Source: Malacoraja senta (Eukaryota). Taken from it: 64,000 bases of DNA. Within the stretch, counting starts at the first letter, position 1. Each line of letters opens with the position of its first letter. The notes under the pieces are model-generated. The model was not told the DNA's origin. It was given only the letters and a program-made list of their open reading frames with translations, and did not search any database. This document shows, piece after piece, positions 24,281 through 37,469 of the stretch. The position numbers and the translations under genes were made by a program. Location: assembly GCA_038087875.1 (NCBI GenBank), contig CM075994.1:1924001-1988000 (forward strand). Reading direction: 5' to 3'.

Positions 24281-24948
24281 CCACTCAAAGGATGTAGAAA
24301 AGACTCACGTCCCCTTCTTCCTATATCCCTCCCTCTGGCTTTACATTTCCCTCATCTTCTCCCCATATCTGTCACTCTATTGTCTCCTTTTCATCTCTAG
24401 CCTTTGTCCACCGATCAACCCCCCCACCTGTATCCACCTAGCACTTGCCAGGCTTGCCTCGCCTCCACGTCTTTTCCAGTTTTCTCCCCCTACTACAGTG
24501 AGTCAAAGGAAAGGTCCCGACTCAAAACATCACATCCATTTCTTCCACAGATGCTGCCTGAGTTATTCCCACTATGCATTTTGCTAAACGTTCCAACATC
24601 GGCAGTTCCTTGTGTCTTCACAAGGATATTACTTGGTTTGAAGGGCGAGTTATCAGGAGAGATTGCATAGGCTGGTTCTGTTTCCTATGGATCAAAGGAG
24701 GCTGAGTGGTAAAGTGACAAAAGTGTATTAAATGATGAGAGGTATTGATAGGGTAGCGAACCAGTGTCTGGTTCCCATGGTAGAGGGATCTAAAACTAAG
24801 GAGAGCCATGGGCAGGTTTTTCACACTGAGGGTGATAGGTATATCAGAGCTGCCAAGTAGTACGGATTTTCCGTATTTTGTACGGAAATGCGATAAGAGT
24901 CAAGTCAAGAGTCAAGAGTGTTTTATTGTCATATGTCCTGGATGGGAC

Positions 24949-25062
24949 AATGTGCACTTTAACCACATGTAATTTTTTCTATTACAAATCTCAAATTGTG
25001 GAGTACAGAGGCAAATAAATAAATGATTGGTCTTTGTCCCAAACATTATGGAGGGCACTTTA
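24949..25062. mobile_element. Isolated Tc1 TIR fragment
   Basis: Matches the right TIR at ~39473-39586. Confidence 0.8.
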
Positions 25063-25518
25063 TACACAGTGGAGCAGCACTGCTTGTTGATACGGTTAGG
25101 AGAATGTGGAACTTTAACAGAAAAAGTTTTCTGGCAATCTGGCTGAACCCACCATCTTCTGCCTCCTTTAGATTTAGGGTTGAGTTTATTATTGTCAGAT
25201 GTTCTGAGCTACAGTGAAAAGCTTTTTTCTTTGCGTATCATCCAAGTAGATCAGATATATCATACATAGATACAATCAGTTCAAACTCCTACTCCTTTAG
25301 TTTAGTTTATCGATACAGCACAGAAACAGGCCCCTCTGCCCACCGAGTCTGTGTTGACCAGCGATCCCCGTACACTAGCACTATCCTACACACTAGGGAC
25401 AATTTTACTCGTCAATTAACCTATAAACGTGTACGTGTTTGGAATGTGGGTGGAAATTGGAGCACCCAGAGAATACCCACGCGGTCATGGGAAGAACATA
25501 CAAACTACGTACAAAGAG

Positions 25519-26184
25519 TGTAAAGAATCTATAACGAGGCATCGTTACTTTACTATCTTTATTCATACTGGAGCATTACATATTGCACTAGCTGTACGTG
25601 GTCTGTCACAGGAACTAGAGAGCGATCTGTGGGTGGGGAGGTTGTACTTATACTTGTGATATGGGGAGTGGTTAGTAGGTATGAGGTCACTATGTTAAAG
25701 GCACATGCATATCTCATCTACATCCTTCCCCTCCGAATCGACAGGCAAATACAATGGTGACAGGGCGACCACGGCTCATGCGCTAGGATGGTTAAACAAA
25801 ATCGCCATGGCGGACAGGCGGTTTGACAAGACGTCCCGACCGGGTTCGCGTCTCGCCATCCTCCCTTCCGGCAGGAGGAAGAAGCACTGATGGGGACAGA
25901 CGAACCTGAAAGGGGGAAACGGGAGGAGACGGAGGAGACCGCGGCACCAGGCGTGGGTTCGAATCCCACTTCTGACACCATGTAAAGAATCTATAACGAG
26001 GCATCGTTACTTTACTATCTTTATTCATACTGGAGCATTACATATTGCACTAGCTGTACGTGGTCTGTCACAGGAACTAGAGAGCGATCTGTGGGTGGGG
26101 AGGTTGTACTTGTACTTGTGATATGGGGAGTGGTTAGTAGGTATGAGGTCACTATGTTAAAGGCACATGCATATCTCATCTACA
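25519..26184 (-). mobile_element. TRIM-like miniature LTR retrotransposon: LTRs 25519-25722 and 25981-26184, 258-bp internal region
   Basis: Two 204-bp TG...CA repeats; 5-bp TSD AAGAG (25514-18 and 26185-89); PBS TGGTGTCAGAAGTGGGAT next to one LTR; PPT AGGGGAAGGA next to the other; inserted in a SINE. Confidence 0.93.
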
Positions 26185-27210
26185 AAGAGCACCCGTCGTC
26201 AGGATTGAATCCGGGTCTCTGGCGCTGTAAGGCAGCAATTCTACTGCTGCGCCACTGTGACGCCCTCTCCTGCTTCTCCGACAAGAAGCCAGCTGTTATG
26301 AAAGGCCTGGATAGAGTGGATGTGGAGTGGATGTTTACACTAGTGGTAGAGTCTAGGACCAGAGGGCACAGCATAAAAGAACGGAGCATTAAATAGGAGA
26401 TGAGGAGGAATTTCTTTAGCCAGGTGGTGGTGAATCTGTGGAATTCATTGCCACAGGCCGCTGTGGAGGCCAAGCCATATTTTTACAGCAGAGATTGACA
26501 GATTCTTGATTATCATGGGTGTCATGGGTTTATGGGGAGAAGGCAGGAAAATGGGGTTGAAAGGGAAAGATAGATCAGCACTATTGAAAGGCGGAGTAGA
26601 CTTGATGGGCTGAATGGTCTAATTTTGCTCCTTTGACGAACTTATGAGGCAGAGAGTTTGTCTTTGTTTTTGGATGATCGGTACCCTCCAGTGTCCTGTT
26701 TTACAATCTAATAATTAGGCAAAAGAGACATGGATTTATCTCTGATAGCTTGGATCATACACTGGCTTGGCGATTGAACTGCAGGCTTTCACTGATTAGT
26801 TTTGTATTATGTTTGATCTGGAAGCCTTTTCTCGTCTACTTTGGCGTTGTGCTATGTTGTTTGCAATGCTGCAACTTTTATTTCCAGTGTAGACCTCACG
26901 ACAGAATTTCAAAACTGAAAAAGAAAGACTTGCATTTTGAAAAGTACCTCTCATGAATTCAGGACATCCCAAAGCACTTTTTCAGCCAACGAATCGCTAG
27001 TCAAATGCAGCAACGCAGCTGCAGCATAGGAAAATGCAGCAACATTGAGAAATGCAACAACATAGGGAAATGCAGCAGCACTGCTGTAAGATAGGGAAAT
27101 GCAACAGCCAATTTGCACTCCTAAAGGAACCATAAATATCACCAGATGGTGAGCTGGCAAAAGCTGGAGTAACTCAGCGGGACAGGCAGCATCTCTGGAG
27201 AGAAGGAATG

Positions 27211-27241
27211 GGTGACGTTTCGGGTTGAGACCCTTCTTCAG
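27211..27241 (-). ncRNA. Minimal hammerhead-ribozyme-like motif in a Penelope-derived repeat
   Basis: CTGAAGA-A-GGGT-ctca-ACCC-GAAAC-GTC on the minus strand. Confidence 0.55.
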
Positions 27242-28033
27242 ATTCTGAAGAGTCTGCAGCTCCTTCCTACACAAGTTGCTTGTGGGTGTTTGTTAAGTGG
27301 AAAATATTTGGTTGGACACCAGGGAGAGCTTCTCTGTTCTTCCACAAAACAATGCCTTGGGATTAAATCCCCACGCATACTTGCAGTTGCAACCACCTGA
27401 CTAAAGGGGAGGGTGCTGACAGATCAGACAAGGCTGGTGCCAAGGCAAGGCAGGCAAACATTGCTGGCTATGGAGATTTGGGTCATGAACTCTTGCATTG
27501 AGAGTTTGCCAAGCAATGTAATGAGGTCTGAATGAATCTGGCACCACGTCTGTGAATGATGAACTATTTATTCAGATGAAGTTGAGAAATAAAGAAAAGG
27601 ACACAAAGTGCTGGAGTAACTCAGCGGGTCAAGCAGCATCTCTGGAGAACATGGATAGGTGACATTTCGGGTCGAAACCCTTCCTAAGATACTGGACCAA
27701 AAACGGACAGTGTAAAAATGAGGCCGGTCGCTCCATCTTATTTGTGTGAAAGCTACAATGCGATTGACATATGATGAAAGAATGGAGTCGACTGGGTTTG
27801 TATTCACTGGAATTTAGAAGGATGAGAGAGAGAAACATATAAAATTCTTAAAGGATTTAAAAAAACTAGATGCAGGAAAAATGTTCCCGATGTTGGGGGA
27901 GTTCAGAACCAGGGGGTCAAGATTCAAGAGAGTTTCCATGTGTCCCAGATAGGACAATGAAATTCTTGCTTTGCTTTCAGCACAGCAGAATATTGCAGGC
28001 ATAAATAATACAGAGATCAGTGTGTCCATATAC

Positions 28034-28037
<4 letters not shown>

Positions 28038-28100
<63 letters not shown>
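28038..28100. repeat. (TA)n microsatellite
   Basis: Direct reading. Confidence 0.95.
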
Positions 28101-28106
<6 letters not shown>

Positions 28107-28175
28107 CATAAATAAACATAACGTGCAGTAGGCTGATTAAAGTTCAGATTTTGTTTGAGTTGAGTTTAATAATCT

Positions 28176-29214
28176 TTTTTTAATTTTTTTTTTAAAATGT
28201 TTTTATTTTATTAGAAGTGCAATTGTATACAATCATATTTTCATAATACATTTTATGTACAGCTTCTTATTTTTTTATTATAGTAAAGAGGAAAAAGAAA
28301 TTAGATAATAAAGTATAGAAAAACGTGAGATATATAGTGTGTGGAGAAGAAGAATAGAGAATGAAAGAAGAAAGTTAAAGAGTAGAAAATAGGAAAAAGA
28401 GAGTAAAAGAAAAAAGGAAGAAAAAGAAAAAAGAAGGAAGGAGATCTTATTTATAATCTTGAACATCCCTCGCCCAGTCACGAGACAGTTAGCTTTTACA
28501 ATTGTGTTGCACCATATGATTCCAAAAAGACGACAAATGGAGACCAACTCGTTATGAATTGGTCAGATTTATCTATTAGGAGGAATCGCATTTCCTCAAG
28601 ATGTGCGGTGTCCAACATACTTGCAATCCACATTTTGAGCGTTGGTATTGGTGTATTTTTCCAAAATTTAAGTATTAATTTTTTTGCTATTATTAAACCA
28701 TAATTAAAAAATAATTTTTGAGATGGATTCAATTTATTCCCATCTTCCATTACCCCAAATATAATCAATTCATTATTAGGTTCCATTTTAATCTTAATTT
28801 TGTAAATATTTTGAAAATATCACTCCAGAATCTATAACGTTTTATGCAGGAAACAAAAGAGTGTGTTATAGTTGCGTTTTGGGTTAAACAATTATCGCAA
28901 GTGGGGGATATATTTGGATAGAATTTATTTAATCTTGATTTTGAATAATATAATCTATGTAAAATTTTAAATTGAATTAGATTATGTCTTGCATTAATCG
29001 AACATTTGTGAATGTACATCAAATACTTTTCCCATGTAACCTTCGTAATTTTTATCATTAATTCCCGTTCCCACTCTTCTCTAAGTACCTCTGTCGCTGG
29101 TAGGTCTATATTTAAAATACTATTATATAAATATGATATTAATTTTTGTGCATCAGCTTTAATATTCATTGCTTCTTCCAATAAATCAGGAGTTATTTTT
29201 TGATATCCTTGTAT
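28176..29214 (-). mobile_element. 5'-truncated L1 with 17-bp TSD
   Basis: GTTGAGTTTAATAATCT at 28159-28175 and 29215-29231; T-tract tail; ORF2 C-terminus QFKILHRLYY. Confidence 0.9.
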
Positions 29215-30508
29215 GTTGAGTTTAATAATCTGATGGCTGTGGGGAAGTGGCTATTCCTGAACCTGGTTGTTGCAGATTTTAGGCTCTTGTACCTTCTACC
29301 TGAAGGCAGCTAAGAGATGAATGTGTGGCCAGGATAGTGTGGGTCCTTGATGATGCTGCAAGCCTTTTTGAGGCAGCGATAGTGGTAGATCCCCTCGATG
29401 GTAGGGAGGTCAGAGCCGATGATGGACTGGGAAGTGTTTACAACTTTTTGCAGTCTTTTCCGCTCCTGGGCGCACAAGTTGCCGAACCAAGCCACGATGC
29501 AACCGGTCAGCGCGCTTTCTACTATGCACCTGTAGAAGTTCGAGAGAGTCCTCCTCGACATACCGACTCTCCGTATTCTTCTCAGGAAGTAGAGGCGCTG
29601 ATGTACTTTCTTTATGATTGCATCAGTGTTCAGGGACCAGGAGAGATCTTCGGAAATATGCACGCCCAGGAATTTGAAGCTCTTGACCCTTTCCACCATC
29701 GACCCGTTGATATAAATGGGACTGTGGGTCGCCATCCTACCCCTTCCAAAGTCCACAATCAGTTCCTTGGTTTTGCTGGTGTTGAGTGCCAGGTTATTGT
29801 GCTGGCATCATTTGGTCAGTCGGTCGATCTCACTTCTATACTCTGACTCGTCTCCATCAGTGATACGTCCCACAACAGTGATGATGGAGTTTGCCCTATG
29901 ACCGGCTACACAGTCATGAGTATAGAGTTAGTACAGCAGGGGGCTGAGCACGCAGCCTTGAGATGCTCCCATGCTGATTGTTATCGAGGCTGACACATTT
30001 CCACCAATGCGAACAGACTGTGGTCTGTGAATGAGGAAGTCGAGGATCCAATTACAGAGGGATGCGCAGAGACCCAGATCTGAGAGCTTGGTAACCAGCT
30101 TGGAGGGGATGATTGTATTAAATGCCGAGCTGTAGTCAATGAATAACAGCCTGACATATGAGTTTTTGTTGTCCAAGTGGTCCAGAGCGGAGTGGAGAGC
30201 CAGCGTTTAAGAATTTAACAGTTTAAGAATAAGGGGTAGGCCATTTAGGATTGAGATGAGGAAAAATGTTTTCACCCAGAGAGTTGTGAATCTGTGGAAT
30301 TCTCTGCCACAGAAGGCAGTTGAGGCCAATTCACTGGATGTTTTCAAGAGAGAGTTAGATTTAGCTCTTGGGGCTAAAGGAATCAATTGATATGGGGAAA
30401 AAGTAGGAATGGGGTACTGATTTTAGATGATCAGCCATGATCATATTGAATGGCGAAGCTGGCTCGAAGGGCCAAATGGCCTACTCCTGCACCTATTTTT
30501 CTATGTTT

Positions 30509-32066
30509 CTACTTCAGACTGATAGGTGAAAGGGAAACGAGAGATATAGATGGCACATCGACTGCCTGAATGAAGTTAGTTTAGTTTATTGTCACGTGTA
30601 CCGAGGTACAGTGAAAAGCTTTTGTTTCATGCTAACCAGTCAGTGGAAAGACTGTACATGATTACAATTGAGCCGTCTACAATTTACAGATACATGATAA
30701 AGGGAATAACGATTAGTGCAAGATATAGTAAAGTCCAATGAAAGATAGTCTGAGGTACTCCAGTGAAGTAGATAGTAGCTTAGGACTGCTGTCTAGTTGT
30801 TGATAGGATGGTTGAGCTGCCTGATAACAGCTGGGAAGAAAATGTGGGTCGCGTGTTTTTGAATTCGTTAATGTTTTTTGCTTACCAAAGAGCTCTCTGA
30901 AGTCAGCTATTTAAATAACATCAGCAATTTAATAAGCCATTTGGTCTCTTAGGCATTTGCATCATAGCTCAGTTACCAGTTTTTCTAGAGGTCTATTCTC
31001 TGCTGGAAAGTTGGTAGTTAATCCATGCAAACAGAATTTCGGGATAATCTGGGAGTATTAATGTACTTCTAATGCTAATAAAGTTTTTTAAAAAACTGTG
31101 GTCTGTGTTGAAACAATATCAGACATGATCCAAATCAGATTCGATGGGCTGAATGGACTAATTCTGCTCCTATGTCTTATGATCAGATGCATAGATATCG
31201 GCTTACACACCAATACAGAAGCAAGAGAGTGCTACACTGTCTTTCAGAAGAGATGTTGAACCAAGACACTGCCCATTTTCTTGTGTGTTGCTACTTCAAA
31301 GAATATGGAATATTAGTCCTCTGAGTCAATTATATCAGTTGCCATGGAATTGTTTTAGTTTACTTTATTGTCACGTGTACCAAGTACAGTGAAAAGCTTT
31401 TTGTTGCCTGCTAACCAGTTAGCGGAAAGTATAAATGATTACAATCGAGCAGTGTACAGATACATGATAAAGGGAATAATGTTTAGTTCAAGATGAAGTC
31501 TAGTAAAGTCCGATTAAGTGTCTGAAGACCCAAAACGTCACCCATTTCTTCTCTCCAGAGATGCTGCCTGTCCCGCTGAGTTACTTCAGCATTTTGTGTC
31601 TACCAAAGTCCGATTAAAGGCGGTCCGAGAGTCTCCAGCGAGGTAAATAGTAGCTCAGGACAGCTCTCTAGTTGTTGATAGGATGCTTCAGTTGCATGAT
31701 AACAGCTGAGAAGAAACTGTCCCTGAATCAGAGATGTTCACTATATTTCACTATATTTCAGAAATACTCTGTCTACTTTCAACACTGGAACCTTATTCAA
31801 ATTACGTTTTCCCACTGAATAGTTTGATGACAAAACTAAATTAGTCATCATGATGCAAGTACTATACTATCTTTTTTCACTAAATTAATTGATGTGACAG
31901 CTGATGAAAAGGAAAATACTTCATTTTTATATCTGAACTGCAGAATCTAGGCTACACATAACGTCTTTAAAGGTTGTATTGTGGAAAAACACACCGCGAG
32001 TCCCCGTGGACTGCATTGAGATGTGTAGGAAGGAACTGCAGATGCTGGTTTAAACCACAGATAGAC
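30509..32066 (+). repeat. ~1.55-kb dispersed duplication, copy A (copy B at ~41966-43486)
   Basis: Colinear match including non-repeat stretches, e.g. GAGCTCTCTGAAGTCAGCTATTTAA and GCAAGAGAGTGCTACACTGTC. Confidence 0.92.
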
Positions 32067-35000
32067 CAGCATACATGGCGATTGAGAAGTTATTGTCAGA
32101 CACGTTCAAGGGTTCAATGGTGCGTTATTTGTCACATATGCAACTGCATAGTGAAATTCATTTTGCATATATCACACATGTAGGCGCTGCCATTTTTGGC
32201 GCCATTATTCAAAGTCTGGTAACGTAAAGATGATAAGGGAAACAGGCCATTGTTAGCTGTTTGTAGGGTGAAAATGAGAAGCTAGTGCGATTTGGGCGAG
32301 GGAGGGATAGAGAGAGAGAGAGAGGGAATGCAGTGGCTACCTGAAGTAAGATAAATCAATATTCATAAGTTGCCCAAGCGCTTCTCATTTTCACCCTACA
32401 AACTGCTAACAATGGCCTGTTTCCTTTAGCATCGTTACTTTTTTGCATATCTTTCATTCATTGTTCTTTATCTCTACACATCGTTGTCTATATCTCTCGT
32501 TTCCCTTATCCCAAACCAGTCTGAAGAAGGGTCTCGACCCTGAAACATCAACCATTCCTTCTCTCCAGAGATGTTGCCTGTCCCGTTGAGTTACTCCAGC
32601 TTTTTGGGCCTATATTTGGTTTCTGTCTCCACAGATGCTACCTACCCTACTGAGTTCTTGAAGCTTTTCTGTTTTTATTCCTCCATAAAATTCTAGGTTG
32701 GCTCTTTTATTGTTTTTTCTTTTGCTAGGTGTCTGATTTGTTGCACCAATCCATCTTTGCAACTTAAATTTTTGTTTTAAGATTTCTAAAATGAAGTGCA
32801 TATTTTCTGCCCGCCTAACTTACAGTAAGAATTTTCTTCTATAATTGGTTGGCTTTACTGTTTTCTATGAAGTCTAGATCTGATTGCTGAACTTTGAGGC
32901 TGCTGTTGTCTGGATGTTTAGTTACTGTGTGATAAATTGTTACCCTTGGCTTCTCCGGAGTCATCTGGCTTCCCAAGTCATGTGTGGATGACTAAGAATG
33001 TTTGAGGTTGAGAAATAAATTACAGTAACTACCATCTGTAGTTCCTATTGATGTTTCTTCATCATTTCGTTCATGTTTTGTGCAAAGGAAGGAACTGCAG
33101 ATGCTGGAACTGCACAAAATGCTGGAGCAACTCAACAGGACACGCAGCATCTCTGGAGAGAAGGAATGGGTGACGTTTCGGGTCAAGACCCGTTGCTGTC
33201 TGTTCCGCTGAGTTACTCCAGCATTTTGTGTCTAACTTCGGTGTAAACCAGTTTCCACGGTTCCTATTGATGTTTCTTCGTCATTTCGTTCATGTTTTGA
33301 CCAAAGGAAGGAATTACAGATGCTGGTTTACTCAATCATGCAGGGATTTACTTTTTTAAAAAATAGAACAAATAACCCTAACCCTTTCTTCTCCCCCCCC
33401 CCCCCCCCTATCAGTCTGAAGAAGGGTTTCGGCTCGAAACTTTGCCTATTTCCTTCGCTCCATAGATGCTGCTGCACCCGCTGAGTTTCTCCAGCATTTT
33501 TGTGTACCTTCGGTTTTTACAGCATCTGCAGTTCCTTCTTAAATACAGTAAACCCTTGTTTTACGAACCTCTTTATAGCAGATTTTGGTTGTAGCGGATG
33601 GACCACCAGGTTGAGTTGCCAACGCCAGCCCTGGCCACAATCCCTCCCCAGCCGTTTCCAGGCCGCGCCTGCTACCGCTACCACTGCCAACCCTTACCTG
33701 CGCTCCGGCAGTCAGTAAATAGGTTATTACCTTCCCCACAGCCAACAATGGACCATTGTGCGTTTCACCCTTCCTTGTTCATCGTTGCTGTTGCATATTT
33801 TTCAATCATTTTACTATGTACTTTTTCATATCTCTCTTTTCCCTCTATGACTCTCAGTCTGAAGAAGGGTTCCGACCCGAAATGTCATCTATTCCTTTTC
33901 TCCAGATATGCTATCTGACCCGCTGAATTACTCAGATGAACTGAACAATTCTATGATTCTATCAGAGTGAAATTATTTCACTGGAAAGAAAGTCCCCTCT
34001 GGAACTTAGAGAATTGTTTGCATTCTTTGCGTTGCAGAATAGATGATTTTAAAGAAAACAATCTTATGCTTGTAAACTACAATTGAGATGATCATTTAAG
34101 AAGCAAGAATAACTGGCTTATTGTCTGTGAAGGCCCACCCACTGCTGACAGCATGTGGCTGAATAGTAACTGATGTACAAGGAAGCTTTTGTGACTGTTA
34201 TATGGTATGTAATTTCACTACACTGATCGGATTCAATATGAATTTGTATGTGGGAATAAGAATTCAAAGTCCAGATTTGCAAGGATTTTCATTTTACATT
34301 TTTGTTGCTTGTATGAAGGAAAGCAGGCAAAAATGGAGGCCTATATACTGTGATTGCTCTTACAATTTATCTGAGATGTTTTATGTTGGCTCCCACATCA
34401 CATTACTGGGTTGTCAGCTTGTGAATCACCCATAAACTGAAGGAAGGCAAAATAATTTGCTATGTTTATTAATCAATGTGCTATAACGCATTGTTCCTTT
34501 CACTGGAATTGCGGCCTGTGTTGCATAGGATCTAAAATTATACCAGCATTTTGTTCCGTCTATCATTGTTGCAGCTCCCAATCCATCATGCTTTTTGATT
34601 TGGGTGGATGAATGTAATGGTTGAGGAGTGGCGGGAGGAACCATGGGTAGACTATTCTATTCTTTGGTGCCTTAAGCCTGACCTTGTGTTTTGCCCTGGT
34701 TGTTGTTTGATGCTAGATTCATATGGAATATTAAATCCTAGTTATCCCCACTTTGCGGTGAATGTGAATGTGACCTAAACTAGTAACTGGAACTGAACAC
34801 TTGTTCACAGAGAGTGCTCTGTTAACCCTTAATGCATGACAGTAATAAAATAACAATCGTAGCGCAGGCCATAAATAAAAGGTTACGGTATTTTATGGGG
34901 AAAACGTGTTGGTTATATCAAAGATTAGTTGCTATCAGTTTAGTTTAGTTATTATTGTAACGTGAACCGAGGTACAGTGAAAAGCTTTTTGTTGCGTGCT

Positions 35001-35899
35001 ATCCAGTCAGTATTATCAGGGCAGTGCTATTTTTAGAAAGATAATATGCCAAGGTTCAAAGTGCTTGGATCTTTCACATATTATAGAGCATTCGGTTCTG
35101 TGTATCAGTCCCATTTTACACCCCTCCCCCCCCCCCCCCCACCTTATTTCCCTGTAGCCTGTTCTGCCTCACCTTCTCCTAACTTCTCCAATTTGCCTGC
35201 CACCCACCTACACTGGAAGTAATTTACAACAGGCAGTGAACAACTCCCATCGTTCTTTGGGGTGTGAGAGAGGAAAGGGGAGCACTTGGAGGAAACCCAC
35301 CCACTCACAGTGAGAATGTACAAACTCCACGGAAACAGCTGTAAAGGTCAGGATCAAACCTGGGTCACTGGCGTGGTGCAACAGCAGCATTACTTGCATG
35401 GTCGCTGTACCGCCCAATCATTTTGCTCATTTCCTAGGATGTGCTTGTGTGTGTGAGGGTGGTAAGACGGATGGAGATGCATTATAGCATACTTCAAATC
35501 TTTTTTTAAATCAGCCATTGCTCTTTAGAATCCGAGAATTATACAACAAAGGCATGCACAAGGATGTTACCAGTACGAGAGGGTTGGAGTTATAGGGAGA
35601 AGCTGGATAGGCTGTGGCTTTGTTCTCTGGTGTGTGGCAGGCAGAAGGGGATGACCACACGGAGGTTTATAAAATAATGGGTGGCATAGATAAGGGAATG
35701 GTTACAGTCTTTTTTCCAGGGTAGGGAAGGCTGGAAGTAGAGGGCATAGATTTTTAGGAGAGAGGGAAAGATTTAAAAGGGCCCTAAGAGGCAATTTTTC
35801 CACACAGAGGGTGGCGGATATATGGAACGAGCTGTCAGAAGAATAGTTGAGACGAGTACAATTGCAATGTCTAAAAGACATTTTGTGAAAGTTTACAAA

Positions 35900-36720
35900 A
35901 AAAATGAAAGTTTACAACATATACATCAATGCTCGTTAAATGCCAGACACTCTTTAATATAATTTAAAGTACTACATAGATTGCACTATTCTAAAACAAA
36001 ATTAAACAGAATTTTTCCAAATATTTCTCCTATCTGTGACAAATGTCAATGCTTAGAAGCTAATTGAACTCATATTTTTGTAAAATGCATAAAAAATTTA
36101 AAAATTTGGACGGATATTTTTAAAATTATTTCTGAAGTTGTTAACATCCAATTGGATCCTGACCCAAAACTATTAATATTAGGAATATCAGAACAAAGCA
36201 TAAAACTTACAATAAATCAAAGACATTTCCTTGATTATGGTATAATAATTGGGAAAAAATGAATATAAAAATTTTGGGAAAATCCAACAACCCCCACATG
36301 TGGATCACGGAAATGTCTGAGACCTTACACTTGGAAAAATTAGACTTGTCTTAATTGACAAATCAGAACTATTTGCTAGAATATGGTCTACATTTATTGA
36401 TTTTCTAAAAGGGTAAACTGGTTCAACACGGAAGCTGGACTGAAACTTGAATCCAGGACTGGATGAACTATTACACTCTATAATCTACGGACCTATCTCC
36501 AAAATTGTGTTATTGGTAATCCTCTTTGTGGGTTTTTTTCTCCCTCCCCTGTCTATTAGCTCATAGTTTCCTTTTTCTCTTCCCTTATTTCTTTTCACTC
36601 TATAGCTCTATCTTTCAAAAAAAATTATAAAAAATTAGAAGCTGTGTTTATATGTAAGTGGTAAGCAAATCGTGTTTTGGTTATGATATGTATATGCTTC
36701 TAATAAAAATATATATTTTT
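35900..36720 (+). mobile_element. Decayed L1 3' fragment
   Basis: FKVLHRLHYSKTKL...SPICDKCQ remnant, T-rich UTR, AATAAA. Confidence 0.8.
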
Positions 36721-37469
36721 TAAAGACATTTTGATAGGAAAGGCTTCTTTTATCCATCGGTAGGTAGATAAAAGGTCTAGATGGATATGGCCAGGCAAAC
36801 AATAGGGGCAACACAGTGGCACAGCGGTTGAGATGCTGCCATACAGCGCCAGAGACTCGGGTTCGATCCTGACGACGAGTGCAATCTGTACAGAGTACGT
36901 ACGTTCTCGCCGTGACCGCTTGGGTCTTCCTCAGGTGCTCCAGATTCCTCCCAACACTCCCAAGACATACAGGTTTATATGTTAATTAGCTTTGGTAAAG
37001 ATTGTAAATTATCCCTAGTGTGTAGGATAGTGCTAGAAGTCGCTGGTCTGTGTGGGTTCGGTGGGCTGAAGGGCCTATTTCTGCGCTGTATCTCTAAACT
37101 AAATGGGGATACAAGGAACTGCAGATGTTGGTTTACAAAACAAGATACAAAATGCTGGACTAACTCAACAGGTCAGGCAGCATCTATGGAGAACAAGGAT
37201 GGGTGACGTTTCGGGTCAGTACCCTTCCTCAGACCAGGCATATGGGAGTAGCTCAGGTAGGCAGCTTGGTCAGTGTGGACAAGTTGGGCTGAAGGGCCTG
37301 TTTCCTTGCCATATAACTTTATGTTGTATGATTCTAGAAGATGGAAAAAGATAATTTGGGCCATTATGGTTTGGTTTTAAGTCCCTTGAACACCCTCTTA
37401 TTCCATGCAGCCCTTCAATTTTTTTTCCCTTTGCTTAAATATCCAATTTCCACTTAAACGTTACAATTA

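Larger units (their letters stand above)
27920..30205 (-). mobile_element. Rex1/Babar-like LINE 3' half, inserted in a + strand CR1 and interrupted by L1
   Basis: [49 protein letters not shown]. The host CR1 stops at ~27919 and resumes at ~30215. Confidence 0.85.

Noticed and set aside
25949..25980. tRNA-Leu gene
   Set aside because: Only the 3' 32 nt are present, with encoded CCA; it is a retroelement PBS.
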